A DNA stretch of 64,000 nucleotides. Source: an uncultured delta proteobacterium. GTDB taxonomy: Bacteria > Desulfobacterota > Binatia > Binatales > Binataceae. This document shows positions 11,755 to 23,290 of the stretch, in pieces (within the stretch, counting starts at the first letter, position 1; every line of letters starts with the position of its first letter). The position numbers and the translations under genes were made by a program. The DNA lies in NCBI GenBank assembly GCA_963711565.1, contig CAVQEQ010000001.1, forward strand, positions 800,001 through 864,000. Direction: 5' to 3'. Below the pieces are notes generated by a model, which worked only from the letters and a program-made list of their open reading frames with translations, had not been told where the DNA came from and searched no databases.

Positions 11755-11861
11755 CGCCACCGTCATCGACTGCCGCCGGCGGGCGTTGTCGTACTGGTAG
11801 CCGACCTCGCCCTGCGCGGTCTGCTCGTCCGTGAGGTCGTCCAGAGCGTCGTATTGACGTG
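11755..11861 (-). pseudogene. Rhs core remnant marking the left end of the Rhs array
   Basis: Translates TRQYDALDDLTDEQTAQGEVGYQYDNARRRQSMTVA, matching the upstream Rhs cores. Confidence 0.85.
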
Positions 11862-12170
11862 TTACTTCGATGCGCGTTTCATCGAAGCAGCCTGCGGGGA
11901 ATGACGAAATCCCTGTCGCCGAGCCTTAGAATACCACTGCGTCGCCGCTTCGCGATCATTCCGCGACATTGCGATCGTTCCAAGATTGTTCGAAGCCAAG
12001 CCGTTTCCCTGTTCTGAAGCGAGTGTGTACCATCTCACAGCCTCGTCCTCGTCAATAGGAAGTCCGCCTAAGCCTAGCTGACATATTGAACCTACGGCAA
12101 CCTGAGCCTCCTGCTCTCCCTCTGCCGCGAAGTACTTGAGCATTCGGTACGCTCTTGCATAGTCACCCAT
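11862..12170 (-). CDS. Sel1/TPR repeat protein, putative immunity gene
   Basis: AVRWYTLASEQGNGLASNNLG Sel1 repeats; directly downstream of an orphan Rhs tip. Confidence 0.75.
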   Translation of the reverse strand: MGDYARAYRMLKYFAAEGEQEAQVAVGSICQLGLGGLPIDEDEAVRWYTLASEQGNGLASNNLGTIAMSRNDREAATQWYSKARRQGFRHSPQAASMKRASK

Positions 12171-12230
12171 CTTAAAGGCTCGAAGACCCTCTTTGTATTC
12201 ATTTTGTTAACTCGTCACGGACTTGTCCTC

Positions 12231-12610
12231 TCACTCATTTCGGGCGGGAAAGTTGCCGTCAAAACCTTTGGGACAGGACTTCATGTCAGGAGGCAGTGGA
12301 AATGTGGCAATGGCACCCCATCCTTTGCATTTGTACCCGCATGTAGTGTCGCCGTTTCTCGGATTCGTAACCTCAGCTACTAGTGTGCATCGGAAAGGCT
12401 GCGTCGGCCGAGAGGCGCACAATTTTCCCGCGATTGCGACGGCCGCCGCGCCGCCGGCCATAGTTAGGTTCCACCACCAACTCGGGTCGCACAAATTTGG
12501 AAAGTCCTCGCAGAACTCCTGCACGGGTACCGTAACATCCTGCGTTCCCATGGGATCACGAACGTCTGTAGGTCGATTGCCAGCGTAGGAATAGAGATCC
12601 TCGGTCCAAA
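12231..12610 (-). pseudogene. Orphan Rhs C-terminal tip (Cys-rich)
   Basis: Upstream of the listed ORF the frame reads LYSYAGNRPTDVRDPMG (PxxxxDPxG), followed by a ~105-aa Cys-rich tip. Confidence 0.8.
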
Positions 12611-12695
12611 CCGTTCGGCTAGAGCGAATTGTTTTTGCGGAGTACAGGCTTCAAGTGTGTGCTGGTTGAGTTAGCTAAAATGACCTCGCGCAGAT

Positions 12696-13703
12696 TCAAG
12701 TAGTTTGAGTTCCGGTCTGACGTGCAGCACAGCGTTCAAGTTCGGCGGCTAGACCGCGACAGTCGATCACACTTGCGGCATCGCGGCGATGCACCTCTAC
12801 CAGTTGGCCGTCCTTCAGATCAAACGACGCTCCACCCTCGGCTTCGTATTCGTAAGAACTCTCGTGGAGGGAGCGTATCTCGCGAAACCTGAATACGGCT
12901 TCGGTGCTTGCTGGCGGCTGCATGAAGTCTACGAACTTCAGTGACTGGATGCTTAGAAGCAGCTGCGCAGAATCGTGGTAATGTATTCGATAGTACAACA
13001 GGTCTCTGGAGAATGGCGACAGCGATTCGTATTGTGATCGCCGCTCAGCAGAATTCAGCAACCTCTTTGCCAAACCTGTGTAGTCAACGACCTGAAAAAG
13101 ATCGTCGTATTGAAGGCATGTGAGGAATCCCGCTGGCGAGCGCTCCGGAAGCTTTGAAAGACTATTATACACGCCGAATTCGGAATAAGAATCAAGATCC
13201 TGAAAACACCAAACGTCGTGGCTCCTGCGGTCATCTGAGTCCAGATTTCTTCCGACAAAGATTAGCGGCTCGGGGTAAAGATTTAGTCGCAAGGAATCCT
13301 CATACCAGACCATGAAGTAAAGTTGTGAAACTTCAATCCGCTTCGGACGGTTATTCTTTAACAGGGCACCGCCCGAAACATAATCCAAACCACAGGCCTC
13401 GAGTTCTCCTATGATACGATCACGACCATTCAACCATAACATGCCCACTTCCGTGTGCGGATTCGGTACTTCGGGATCCATGTACGGCGCGAGAATCTTC
13501 CCGAGTACCGCGACCGGATCTAATGCCCAATCATTAATGTCCTTTAAAAGGACCTGACCACGCCTCGTGTCCGGAGCATCGCTCGATAATCGATGTGCAG
13601 CGACCAACCTCGCCTCCGCCAACAGATCCTGTAGCTCGGAGTTCGAATAGTGCACTTCCAGTTCTCGACTTACTGCGGCGACAACCGAATTTGAAAGTTT
13701 CAC
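12696..13703 (-). CDS. Hypothetical protein in an immunity slot: Abi-family-like N-terminal domain plus a duplicated C-terminal domain
   Basis: GAGGAG RBS before GTG at 13703; lower GC; motifs DPVAVLGKILAPYMD and RIIGELEACGLDYVSGG. Confidence 0.6.
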   Translation of the reverse strand: MKLSNSVVAAVSRELEVHYSNSELQDLLAEARLVAAHRLSSDAPDTRRGQVLLKDINDWALDPVAVLGKILAPYMDPEVPNPHTEVGMLWLNGRDRIIGELEACGLDYVSGGALLKNNRPKRIEVSQLYFMVWYEDSLRLNLYPEPLIFVGRNLDSDDRRSHDVWCFQDLDSYSEFGVYNSLSKLPERSPAGFLTCLQYDDLFQVVDYTGLAKRLLNSAERRSQYESLSPFSRDLLYYRIHYHDSAQLLLSIQSLKFVDFMQPPASTEAVFRFREIRSLHESSYEYEAEGGASFDLKDGQLVEVHRRDAASVIDCRGLAAELERCAARQTGTQTT

Positions 13704-13838
13704 TGACTGCTCCTCAATGAAATAGGCTCCGCCTCCCACCGACGTGACGAAGTCTTTATAAACCTGCGCCCCGAACCTTCAGAGAGCTTTCGGCACTCAG
13801 CGTTTCCTCGCTTACTATGCTAGGATAGCATCCTATAT

Positions 13839-14940
13839 CTAGGGTAGAACAGGCTCTGGAATTCCTCCGAGTCCAGGAGCTTCTCCGGGTCCCTGCAACA
13901 GCTGCGACAACGCGCCTAAAGCAGTTACGACCGCCGCTGCACCGAGTACCGAACACTTTTCACCAGTAGGTGGTTCGTTGCACGAGCAGCTTGGCGGACC
14001 ATCGATCCACTTTCTGATCGGAAAGAAGCGTCCTCCGTCATCGCCCTTTCCACCGCTGACTCTGAATATCTGGCGGACCACACAGCTCTGCACCGTTTTC
14101 CCCTCGGCCTTGCAGGTGGATTCACAATCCGCGCTCTCTTGTTTGTTGCAGACGCGGAATCTTCCACCGCGGGAATAAGTAATAGTTCCCAAGGGATCAG
14201 TTTCGGATGCTGCGTCGTTCCCAACGTAGGCGTAGAGATTCCAATCGCCCCCGTAAAAATCTAGGGGGTCTTGAACTGTGAACCTCTGTAGCGTTGGGCT
14301 GTAGTATCGCGCTCGATAGTAATCGAGCCCGATACCATCGTTCTCTCTTCCGGTGAACTGGTACGGGTTCGCGCTTGCTTGCCCGGTCGCTGCGGAATTA
14401 CCGAACGGGTCGTATGTATACGAGGTCTGTTGCGTTCCACTAGAGTCGGTGAGGGCGAGCGTGCTGCCGAGTATATCGGTCAAGTAATCTCGGGCGCCGG
14501 CCGAGTCGGTGCGCTGCAAGTACTCATCAATGCCAAGACCCGTCAACATGTTGGCGCTCGGGCGCCATTCTGAAGCTCCTGGACCGGATTCATGCCGTCG
14601 TAGAGGAACTGCACGATGCCGTTGGGCAGGGTCAACGAAGTCCTCCGGTCCGCGTTATCATAGCCGAACGGAATTGAGGTCGATCCCTGGATGATTCCGG
14701 TCAGCCTATTTGCATTGTCCCAGCCGTCGTCCCTCCGCATCGTAGCCGTAAGTCAGGTTCCCGAGTTGCGCGCTCCCCGCGCTGTAAGTTAGCCCGGTGA
14801 TGCGGGAGTCGTTGTCAACGTTGTACGCGACCGTCACACCGTTGGGCAGCGTCAGCGACGTGCGCCGGTTGGCGTTGTCTCACCTGTAGCTGACCGAGCT
14901 GGATTGACCCGCCACCTGCATTGTCTGCCGCCCCTGCGCT
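13839..14940 (-). pseudogene. Eroded Rhs core plus intact Cys-rich C-terminal tip (ORF 13839-14549)
   Basis: YQFTGRE, RARYYSP, ETDPLG. 14550-14940 is a frameshifted, internally deleted core. Confidence 0.88.
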
Positions 14941-14943
14941 CCA

Positions 14944-15369
14944 TTAGAAAACAATTCCCGCGAAAATAAGCTGTATCTGCGTGAGGCGCTGCAACTCAAC
15001 GTAACGGTCAACAAGCGGCGTTGACTTCGATACCAGCTTGCGATATGACGCAAAATACCGTTTTCTCAGTTGGCCTAAATCTTTGAACCGCAGCCACCTG
15101 AAGGATTTCTGCCTACCAGTCAGTAAGTGATGCGTTGCTCCCCGCACTTGCCAAAAACATGTTGCGGCGGAGGTTATAGTATTTAAGACGTAATCGACAT
15201 CACCACTGCTGATATCGATTGGCTCCGAAATCTCGTCTTTAAGAAAGTAATAAAAATGGACAGACGAATCTACGGCCGTTAGTAAGTCCTGAAGATACCC
15301 AGGCTCCTTCTCGCCAAATAATGCCACAACGGCGGTTACCATCTTTTCTTGGTCACTGATTTTAGTCAT
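14944..15369 (-). CDS. Putative immunity protein (141 aa)
   Basis: Low GC; ATGA overlap with the upstream Rhs tip stop codon. Confidence 0.65.
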   Translation of the reverse strand: MTKISDQEKMVTAVVALFGEKEPGYLQDLLTAVDSSVHFYYFLKDEISEPIDISSGDVDYVLNTITSAATCFWQVRGATHHLLTGRQKSFRWLRFKDLGQLRKRYFASYRKLVSKSTPLVDRYVELQRLTQIQLIFAGIVF

Positions 15370-17168
15370 GGTGGTGGAGGGTTTTCTATAAACTGCTGGC
15401 AGTCTTCAAAAAGTTGATCCATCATTGCTTTGATCTCCGCCAATTCGGCCGCATCAGGCCCGCACGCGTTCAGCGCTGCCCGGTAAGCATTCCACACCCG
15501 CTTCCAATTTTCTCGGATCGACTTTTTATGCTGGCCAGGATCGCAGTTCGCGGCGAAATAATCGCCACATCTATTTCCGAGGGAAGCCACTGCAGCGGCC
15601 AAGTTTCTAATCGCCTTTCCGCAGTCTCGGAATGGGAATTCGCCCATTGGATCGGTGAAGTTCGTCGGATCATTTGCAACATACGCATACAGATCAATCC
15701 CGCCGAGGAAGTCGATCGGATCCTGCGCCATGAACCCCTGGAGGGTCGGGCTGTAGTATCTTGCGCGATAGAAGTACAATCCAGCGCCGTCGTTTTCTCT
15801 GCCGGTGAACTGGTACGGGTTCGAGCTCGATACCCCGGTGAGGGTGGTATTGCCGAATGGATCGTATGAATATTGCGTCTGGATGGTGCCGGACAAATCG
15901 GTGAGTGCAAGGGTGCTTCCGAGGGGGTCACTGATATAGCTGCTCGGGCCAGAGCCGTCGCTGCGTTGAAAGTACTCATCGATTCCGAGCCCGGTCAGCA
16001 TGTTCGCGCCTGGAGCGCCACTCTGGAGCTCCTGCACTGGATTTAACCCGTCGTAGAGGAACTGCGTAGACGTACTGTTGACCGTCTTCTGTGCGCGCCT
16101 ACCGTCGGCGTCGTACGCGAAGCTCGCAGCATTAGGACCGGCGATCGCCGTCAGGTGATTTCGGGCATCCCAGTTGTAAGTGCTCGTCCCGTCGTTGGTC
16201 AGGTTGCCGTTGGCATCGTAGGTCTGCGGCGTTCCGTTGAACGCGGTCATTTCGTTCGCTGCGTTGAACGAGTTCCCCGTCACCGCCTGCGGCAGCCCGG
16301 TCTGCGCGAAGCTGCCGGTCTTCTCAATCACCCGGCTGTCCGCGTCGTATGAATACTCTAGATCGCCCACCGTGTTGCTCCCCAGCGTCCAGCTCATCGC
16401 CGTCACGTGCGAGTCGATGTCGTAAGTATACGCGAGCACGATGCCGTTGGGCAGAGTCAGCGTGTTCCTGCGGTCCGCGTTGTCATATGCGATCGGAATC
16501 GACGCGCTGCCTTGGGTGATTCCGGTCAGCCGGTTCGCATTGTCCCAGGAATATGAAACCGTCGGCTGCCCGACCACCGTCATCGTCTGACGCCGGCGGG
16601 CGTTGTCGTAGAAATAGCCAACTTCGCCCTGCGCGGTCTGCTCGTCCGTCAGGTCGTCCAAGCCGTCATACTGCCGGACGGTCGTTCCCGCAATCGAGTC
16701 GACGATCTGTGTGATGCGGTCTCCGGGATCGAATGTGTAGCTGCTCGTGCTTTCGTAGCTGCCGCTGGTGTACCCGAAGCCGGCGAATTTGCGCCGGTTA
16801 ATCCCGTCGTATTGGTAAACGCTCGTCTCACCGCGCCGGTCCGTATGGCCGGTCAGGTTGCCGTTGCCATCGTAGCCGTAAGTCTCGGTCGCCGCCAGCG
16901 GGTCGGTCCGCGAAGCCTTGCGGTACGGGTTCGAGCTCGATGATTTCGCGCATCCCAACCTCGCCCCTGCGCTCTCTTGCTCGTCCTTCAGGTCGTCCAG
17001 ACCGTCATACCGGGCGCATGACGGTTCCCGCAATCGAGTCGACGATCTGCATGACCCGATCTCCAAGATCGAAAGTGTAAGCGCTCCGTAGCTGCTGGCA
17101 GTGCACCCGAAGCCACGAACTTGCGGTGGTTGATCCCGACGTACTGATAGACGGTAACTTTGCAGCAA
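15366..17168 (-). pseudogene. Headless Rhs core plus helical tip; the region above ~16920 is a degenerate core
   Basis: YD repeats; PTNFTDPMG; tip EFPFRDCGKAIRNL...CDPGQHKKSIRE. Confidence 0.88.
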
Positions 17169-18570
17169 TTCTAGATATTTCTCGAGTGAAGTCGGATTGA
17201 AAATCAGGACACGTCAATTGGACGTTGCCAGGCTGGTCGTTTTTGCAAACTTCCTATGCAGATACGGTAAAGCCTTGAACCACTGCAAATATCCTAGCGT
17301 CACCGGAATCAGCCACCATATACCCACGAAAACTAGCTCTCCATCGCACGCCTGCGGCCCGATAACTGGACAGAGCAAGCGACTCAGTACAAACGTGATA
17401 GAAAATGATAATATACTCGACGGAAAACAATAAATCATCGTGGGGAAATTTGACAGCCACTGAGACTGCTCTGCGAGGCGTGGTTCATCCAGGTTACCGC
17501 CAATGCTGAGGTGGTAGTATTCGAAGGCAAGGATCGCCATCAGGTGAGCCACAACAAGGGCCACCCAAATGGCGCGCGCCGATTTAAAATGTTCTAGGGC
17601 AAAACGTCCGAACCAGATCGTTGCCACTAAGAGGCCAAAGAAACAGAGCGCATAGGCGAGAAAGATAAGTATCAAGAATGCGTCCACTAGAGAGTCTCGC
17701 CAGTGAGTGTGCATGCTTCCTTACACGCCGATTCAGTGGCCCACGCCCAATCGAAACAGTCATGAATAGGAATGGTATAGTGACCAGGATCAAGCCCGAA
17801 GAAATACTGAACACACTGGTCAACGCATGGTCTGTCTTTGCTGACTGTGATGCAAAAGTCGGCTTTATTCCAATCGTCGGGATTTAATACCCCATCATCG
17901 TATGGATTATGGCGGTCTTTAGGGTACATACCTTTGCACGTGTTCCTATTGGGGGCGCAAAGGAACATGTGAGGTATAGGTCTCGGTAGTTCTACACATA
18001 ACAGGGTGTCAAGCCCGGTTGGATCGGTCAAATTGGTCGGGCTATTCCCCGCGTACCCGTAGAGATTGATCCCGCCCTTAAAGCCGACCGGGTCTTGTGA
18101 GATGAACCTTCCCGGCGAGGGCGAGTAATATCTATGCCGATTAAAATACAGTCCGATGCCGTCGTTTTCCCGGCCGGTGAACTGGTACGGGTTCGCGCTT
18201 GCTTGCCCGGTCGCTGCGGAATTACCGAACGGGTCGTATGTATACGAGGTCTGTTGCGTTCCACTAGAGTCGGTGAGGGCGAGCGTGCTGCCGAGTATAT
18301 CGGTCAAGTAATCTCGGGCGCCGGCCGAGTCGGTGCGCTGCAAGTACTCATCAATGCCAAGACCCGTCAACATGTTGGCGCTCGGGGCGCCATTCTGAAG
18401 CTCCTGGACCGGATTCATGCCGTCGTAGAGGAACTGCGTAGACGTACTGTTGACCGTCTTCTGTGCGCGCCTACCGTCGGCGTCGTACGCGAAGCTCGCA
18501 GCATTAGGACCGGCGATCGCCGTCAGGTGATTTCGGGCATCCCAGTTGTAAGTGCTCGTCCCGTCGTTGG
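16444..18570. repeat. ~2.1 kb near-identical direct repeat, copy 1 (copy 2 at +4720)
   Basis: ORFs 17214/21934 and tips 17687/22407 are identical at offset 4720; boundaries estimated by eye. Confidence 0.9.
17214..17714 (-). CDS. Membrane putative immunity protein (166 aa), copy 1
   Basis: About four hydrophobic helices; overlaps the end of the Rhs tip. Confidence 0.7.
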   Translation of the reverse strand: MHTHWRDSLVDAFLILIFLAYALCFFGLLVATIWFGRFALEHFKSARAIWVALVVAHLMAILAFEYYHLSIGGNLDEPRLAEQSQWLSNFPTMIYCFPSSILSFSITFVLSRLLCPVIGPQACDGELVFVGIWWLIPVTLGYLQWFKALPYLHRKFAKTTSLATSN

Positions 18571-19372
18571 TCAGATTGCCGTTGGCATCGTAGGTCTGCG
18601 GCGTTCCATTAAAGGCGGTCATCTCGTTTGCCGCGTTGAACGTGTTCCCCGTCACCGCCTGCGGCAGCCCCGTCTGCGCGAAGCTGCCCGTCTTCTCGAT
18701 CACCCGGCTGTCCGCGTCGTATGAATATTCGAGATCGCCCACCGGATTGCTTGCCAGCGTCCAAGTCATCGCCGTCACGTGCGAGTCGATGTCGTAAGTA
18801 TACGCGAGCACGATGCCGTTGGGCAGAGTCAGCGTGTTCCTGCGGTCCGCGTTGTCATATGCGATCGGAATCGACGCGCTGCCTTGGGTGATTCCGGTCA
18901 GCCGGTTCGCATTGTCCCAGGAATATGAAACCGTCGGCTGCCCGACCACCGTCATCGTCTGACGCCGGCGGGCGTTGTCGTAGAAATAGCCAACTTCGCC
19001 CTGCGCGGTCTGCTCGTCCGTCAGGTCGTCCAAGCCGTCATACTGCCGGACGGTCGTTCCGGCGATCGAGTTGACGATCTGTGTGATGCGGTCCCCGAGA
19101 TCGAATGTGTAGCTGCTGGTGCTTTCGTAGCTGCCGCTGGTGTACCCGAAACCGGCGAATTTGCGCCGGTTGATCCCGTCGTACTGGTAGACGCTCGTCT
19201 CGCCGCGCCGGTCCGTATGGCCGGTCAGGTTGCCGTTGCCGTCGTAGCCGTAGGTCTCGGTCGCCGCCAGCGGATCGGTCCGCGAGGCCTTGCGATTCAT
19301 CGGGTCGTACGTATATGAGGTCAGACCGCCGTTCGCGTCGGTCACGCTCGTCAGATTGCTGTTTGGGTCGTA
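17687..19372 (-). pseudogene. Headless Rhs core plus papain-like Cys-rich tip, copy 1
   Basis: PTNLTDPTGL, then PHMFL...YTIPIHDC. Confidence 0.88.
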
Positions 19373-19515
19373 TCCGTGTAACTTTGCAACGTCTGGTGCC
19401 CGAACGGATCCGTAGTGCTGGTGGTGTTTACTATGGCCGCCAAAACCAAACGGATTCCGTCCCCCCCTTCACCACAGAACAATGCCAGAGGATGTCGTGG
19501 AATGCTTGGCTCGAT

Positions 19516-20025
19516 TCACTTGCCTGTTGGTTTTTCAGTTTGAATTTTAACAGACCTTTTCGTCGCTTTCAAACCTTTAGCCGATTGAGTTTGAGACCCA
19601 TCCGCTGCCGCGAGATTCTTTCTCACGCGACAGGTCCTGCCATCAGGATACAAGGCTCGCAGGAAAACTTTCGCGGGCGACTCTCCTTTGAGATGTGCAT
19701 CCAAAACTTCACAAAGGCGAGGATGGGCGTTAAACTTCCCTAACTTTCCTAAGATGGCTATCCAGAACTTCATGAAAGCTGTAAGATTAGCGGTCTCATA
19801 GAGAGCGGCTAAGAAATTACCGGCATCTTCCTCGTCCCCTACACGATAAAGTAGCGTCAGAACCTTCCTTTTTTGGTCATCGTCGGCAGTCTCATTGAAT
19901 AATTCGATCAACTTCTCAGTTTTCCCTTTAGGATCCTTGTCGATCAGACACGATATTTCGTGTTGCGACAGCCCCAGCTCAAGGCAATCTATCTTAGCTT
20001 GCTTTATGTAGTTTCTTTTGTTCAA
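19516..20025 (-). CDS. Putative immunity protein (helical, 169 aa)
   Basis: AT-rich; GGAAGG RBS; 21 bp after the Rhs tip. Confidence 0.65.
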   Translation of the reverse strand: MNKRNYIKQAKIDCLELGLSQHEISCLIDKDPKGKTEKLIELFNETADDDQKRKVLTLLYRVGDEEDAGNFLAALYETANLTAFMKFWIAILGKLGKFNAHPRLCEVLDAHLKGESPAKVFLRALYPDGRTCRVRKNLAAADGSQTQSAKGLKATKRSVKIQTEKPTGK

Positions 20026-20046
20026 GGTTATCCTTCCAAGGTGCGT

Positions 20047-21888
20047 CTATATACCTATCGGAGTGCCCCCGAGAATCAATGAGAGGAGAATGAGTTCGGC
20101 TATCAAGCTGCTTGTCGTCTGATCAGGCCGTGCTGCTTGCTTGTAAGGGTCGGAAAGAGGACACGACTCTTCTTTCGGTTGACCGCCACCGTCTGGAGGA
20201 GGTTCCTCACATTTCTCATCGTACTCGGCTTGGAGATCGTCTAATTGATTATGTAGGACGCCCAGTGCACCGGCGTTTCTATTGAGGAACGCAGCGCCAA
20301 TTAATTTCTTAATCTCCTCGATTGCTTTACGAAGATCTTCGCATTCCTCAGACTCGAGTCCAGTTGGATCTGTTCTGCTCAGCGGATTGTTTAGAACATA
20401 GGAATAAAGATTGACCTCTCCCCCCATTAAGCCGATCGGATCCTGCGCCATGAACCCCTGGAGGGTCGGGCTGTAGTATCTTGCGCGATAGAAGTACAAT
20501 CCAGCGCCGTCGTTTTCTCTGCCGGTGAACTGGTACGGGTTCGAGCTCGATACCCCGGTGAGGGTGGTATTGCCGAATGGATCGTAAGTATAGGACGTTT
20601 GTGTGCTTCCGCTGGAGTCGGTCAGCGCAAGCGTGCTGCCGAGAATATCGGTCATATAGTTGCGGGCACCAGCCGAATCAGTACGCTGAAAGTATTCATC
20701 AACACCGAGACCAGTCAGCAGATTCGCGCTTGGGGCTCCACTCTGAATCTCTTGTACTGGATTTAACCCGTCGTAGAGGAACTGCGTAGACGTACTGTTG
20801 ACCGTCTTCTGTGCGCGCCTACCGTCGGCGTCGTACGCGAAGCTCGCAGCATTAGGACCGGCGATCGCCGTCAGGTGATTTCGGGCATCCCAGTTGTAAG
20901 TGCTCGTCCCGTCGTTGGCGAGATTGCCGTTGGCATCGTAGGTCTGCGGCGTTCCGTTGAACGAGGTCATCTCATTGGCCGCGTTGAAGGTATTACCGCT
21001 AACCGGCTGCGGCAGCCCGGTCTGCGCGAAGCTGCCGGTCTTCTCAATCACCCGGCTGTCCGCGTCGTATGCGTACTCGAGGTCGCCCACCGGATTGCCC
21101 GCCAACGTCCAGCTCATTCCCGTCACGTGCGAATCGTTGTCGTAAGTATACGTCAACAAAATCCCGTTGGGCAGAGTCAGCGTGTTCCTGCGGTCCGCGT
21201 TGTCATATGCGATCGGAATCGACGCGCTGCCTTGGGTGATTCTGGTCAGCCGGTTCGCATTGTCCCAGGAATATGAAACCGTCGGCTGCCCGACCACCGT
21301 CATCGTCTGACGCCGGCGGGCGTTGTCGTAGAAATAGCCAACTTCGCCCTGCGCGGTCTGCTCGTCCGTCAGGTCGTCCAAGCCGTCATACTGCCGGACG
21401 GTCGTTCCCGCAATCGAGTCGACGATCTGTGTGATGCGGTCTCCGGGATCGAATGTGTAGCTGCTCGTGCTTTCGTAGCTGCCGCTGGTGTACCCGAAGC
21501 CGGCGAATTTGCGCCGGTTAATCCCGTCGTATTGGTAAACGCTCGTCTCACCGCGCCGGTCCGTATGGCCGGTCAGGTTGCCGTTGCCATCGTAGCCGTA
21601 AGTCTCGGTCGCCGCCAGCGGGTCGGTCCGCGAAGCCTTGCGGTACGGGTTCGAGCTCGATGATTTCGCGCATCCCAACCTCGCCCCTGCGCTCTCTTGC
21701 TCGTCCTTCAGGTCGTCCAGACCGTCATACCGGGCGCATGACGGTTCCCGCAATCGAGTCGACGATCTGCATGACCCGATCTCCAAGATCGAAAGTGTAA
21801 GCGCTCCGTAGCTGCTGGCAGTGCACCCGAAGCCACGAACTTGCGGTGGTTGATCCCGACGTACTGATAGACGGTAACTTTGCAGCAA
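20047..21888 (-). pseudogene. Headless Rhs core plus helical-hairpin tip with hydrophobic tail
   Basis: PLSRTDPTGL, then ECEDLRKAIEEIKK...YDEKC...LIAELILLSLILGG. Confidence 0.88.
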
Positions 21889-23290
21889 TTCTAGATATTT
21901 CTCGAGTGAAGTCGGATTGAAAATCAGGACACGTCAATTGGACGTTGCCAGGCTGGTCGTTTTTGCAAACTTCCTATGCAGATACGGTAAAGCCTTGAAC
22001 CACTGCAAATATCCTAGCGTCACCGGAATCAGCCACCATATACCCACGAAAACTAGCTCTCCATCGCACGCCTGCGGCCCGATAACTGGACAGAGCAAGC
22101 GACTCAGTACAAACGTGATAGAAAATGATAATATACTCGACGGAAAACAATAAATCATCGTGGGGAAATTTGACAGCCACTGAGACTGCTCTGCGAGGCG
22201 TGGTTCATCCAGGTTACCGCCAATGCTGAGGTGGTAGTATTCGAAGGCAAGGATCGCCATCAGGTGAGCCACAACAAGGGCCACCCAAATGGCGCGCGCC
22301 GATTTAAAATGTTCTAGGGCAAAACGTCCGAACCAGATCGTTGCCACTAAGAGGCCAAAGAAACAGAGCGCATAGGCGAGAAAGATAAGTATCAAGAATG
22401 CGTCCACTAGAGAGTCTCGCCAGTGAGTGTGCATGCTTCCTTACACGCCGATTCAGTGGCCCACGCCCAATCGAAACAGTCATGAATAGGAATGGTATAG
22501 TGACCAGGATCAAGCCCGAAGAAATACTGAACACACTGGTCAACGCATGGTCTGTCTTTGCTGACTGTGATGCAAAAGTCGGCTTTATTCCAATCGTCGG
22601 GATTTAATACCCCATCATCGTATGGATTATGGCGGTCTTTAGGGTACATACCTTTGCACGTGTTCCTATTGGGGGCGCAAAGGAACATGTGAGGTATAGG
22701 TCTCGGTAGTTCTACACATAACAGGGTGTCAAGCCCGGTTGGATCGGTCAAATTGGTCGGGCTATTCCCCGCGTACCCGTAGAGATTGATCCCGCCCTTA
22801 AAGCCGACCGGGTCTTGTGAGATGAACCTTCCCGGCGAGGGCGAGTAATATCTATGCCGATTAAAATACAGTCCGATGCCGTCGTTTTCCCGGCCGGTGA
22901 ACTGGTACGGGTTCGCGCTTGCTTGCCCGGTCGCTGCGGAATTACCGAACGGGTCGTATGTATACGAGGTCTGTTGCGTTCCACTAGAGTCGGTGAGGGC
23001 GAGCGTGCTGCCGAGTATATCGGTCAAGTAATCTCGGGCGCCGGCCGAGTCGGTGCGCTGCAAGTACTCATCAATGCCAAGACCCGTCAACATGTTGGCG
23101 CTCGGGGCGCCATTCTGAAGCTCCTGGACCGGATTCATGCCGTCGTAGAGGAACTGCGTAGACGTACTGTTGACCGTCTTCTGTGCGCGCCTACCGTCGG
23201 CGTCGTACGCGAAGCTCGCAGCATTAGGACCGGCGATCGCCGTCAGGTGATTTCGGGCATCCCAGTTGTAAGTGCTCGTCCCGTCGTTGG
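21164..23290. repeat. ~2.1 kb near-identical direct repeat, copy 2
   Basis: Matches 16444-18570. Confidence 0.9.
21934..22434 (-). CDS. Membrane putative immunity protein, copy 2
   Basis: Identical translation to 17214-17714. Confidence 0.7.
   Translation of the reverse strand: MHTHWRDSLVDAFLILIFLAYALCFFGLLVATIWFGRFALEHFKSARAIWVALVVAHLMAILAFEYYHLSIGGNLDEPRLAEQSQWLSNFPTMIYCFPSSILSFSITFVLSRLLCPVIGPQACDGELVFVGIWWLIPVTLGYLQWFKALPYLHRKFAKTTSLATSN

Noticed and set aside
19417-19424. E. coli Chi site GCTGGTGG
   Set aside because: Sporadic occurrence; Chi is lineage-specific and no enrichment can be shown here
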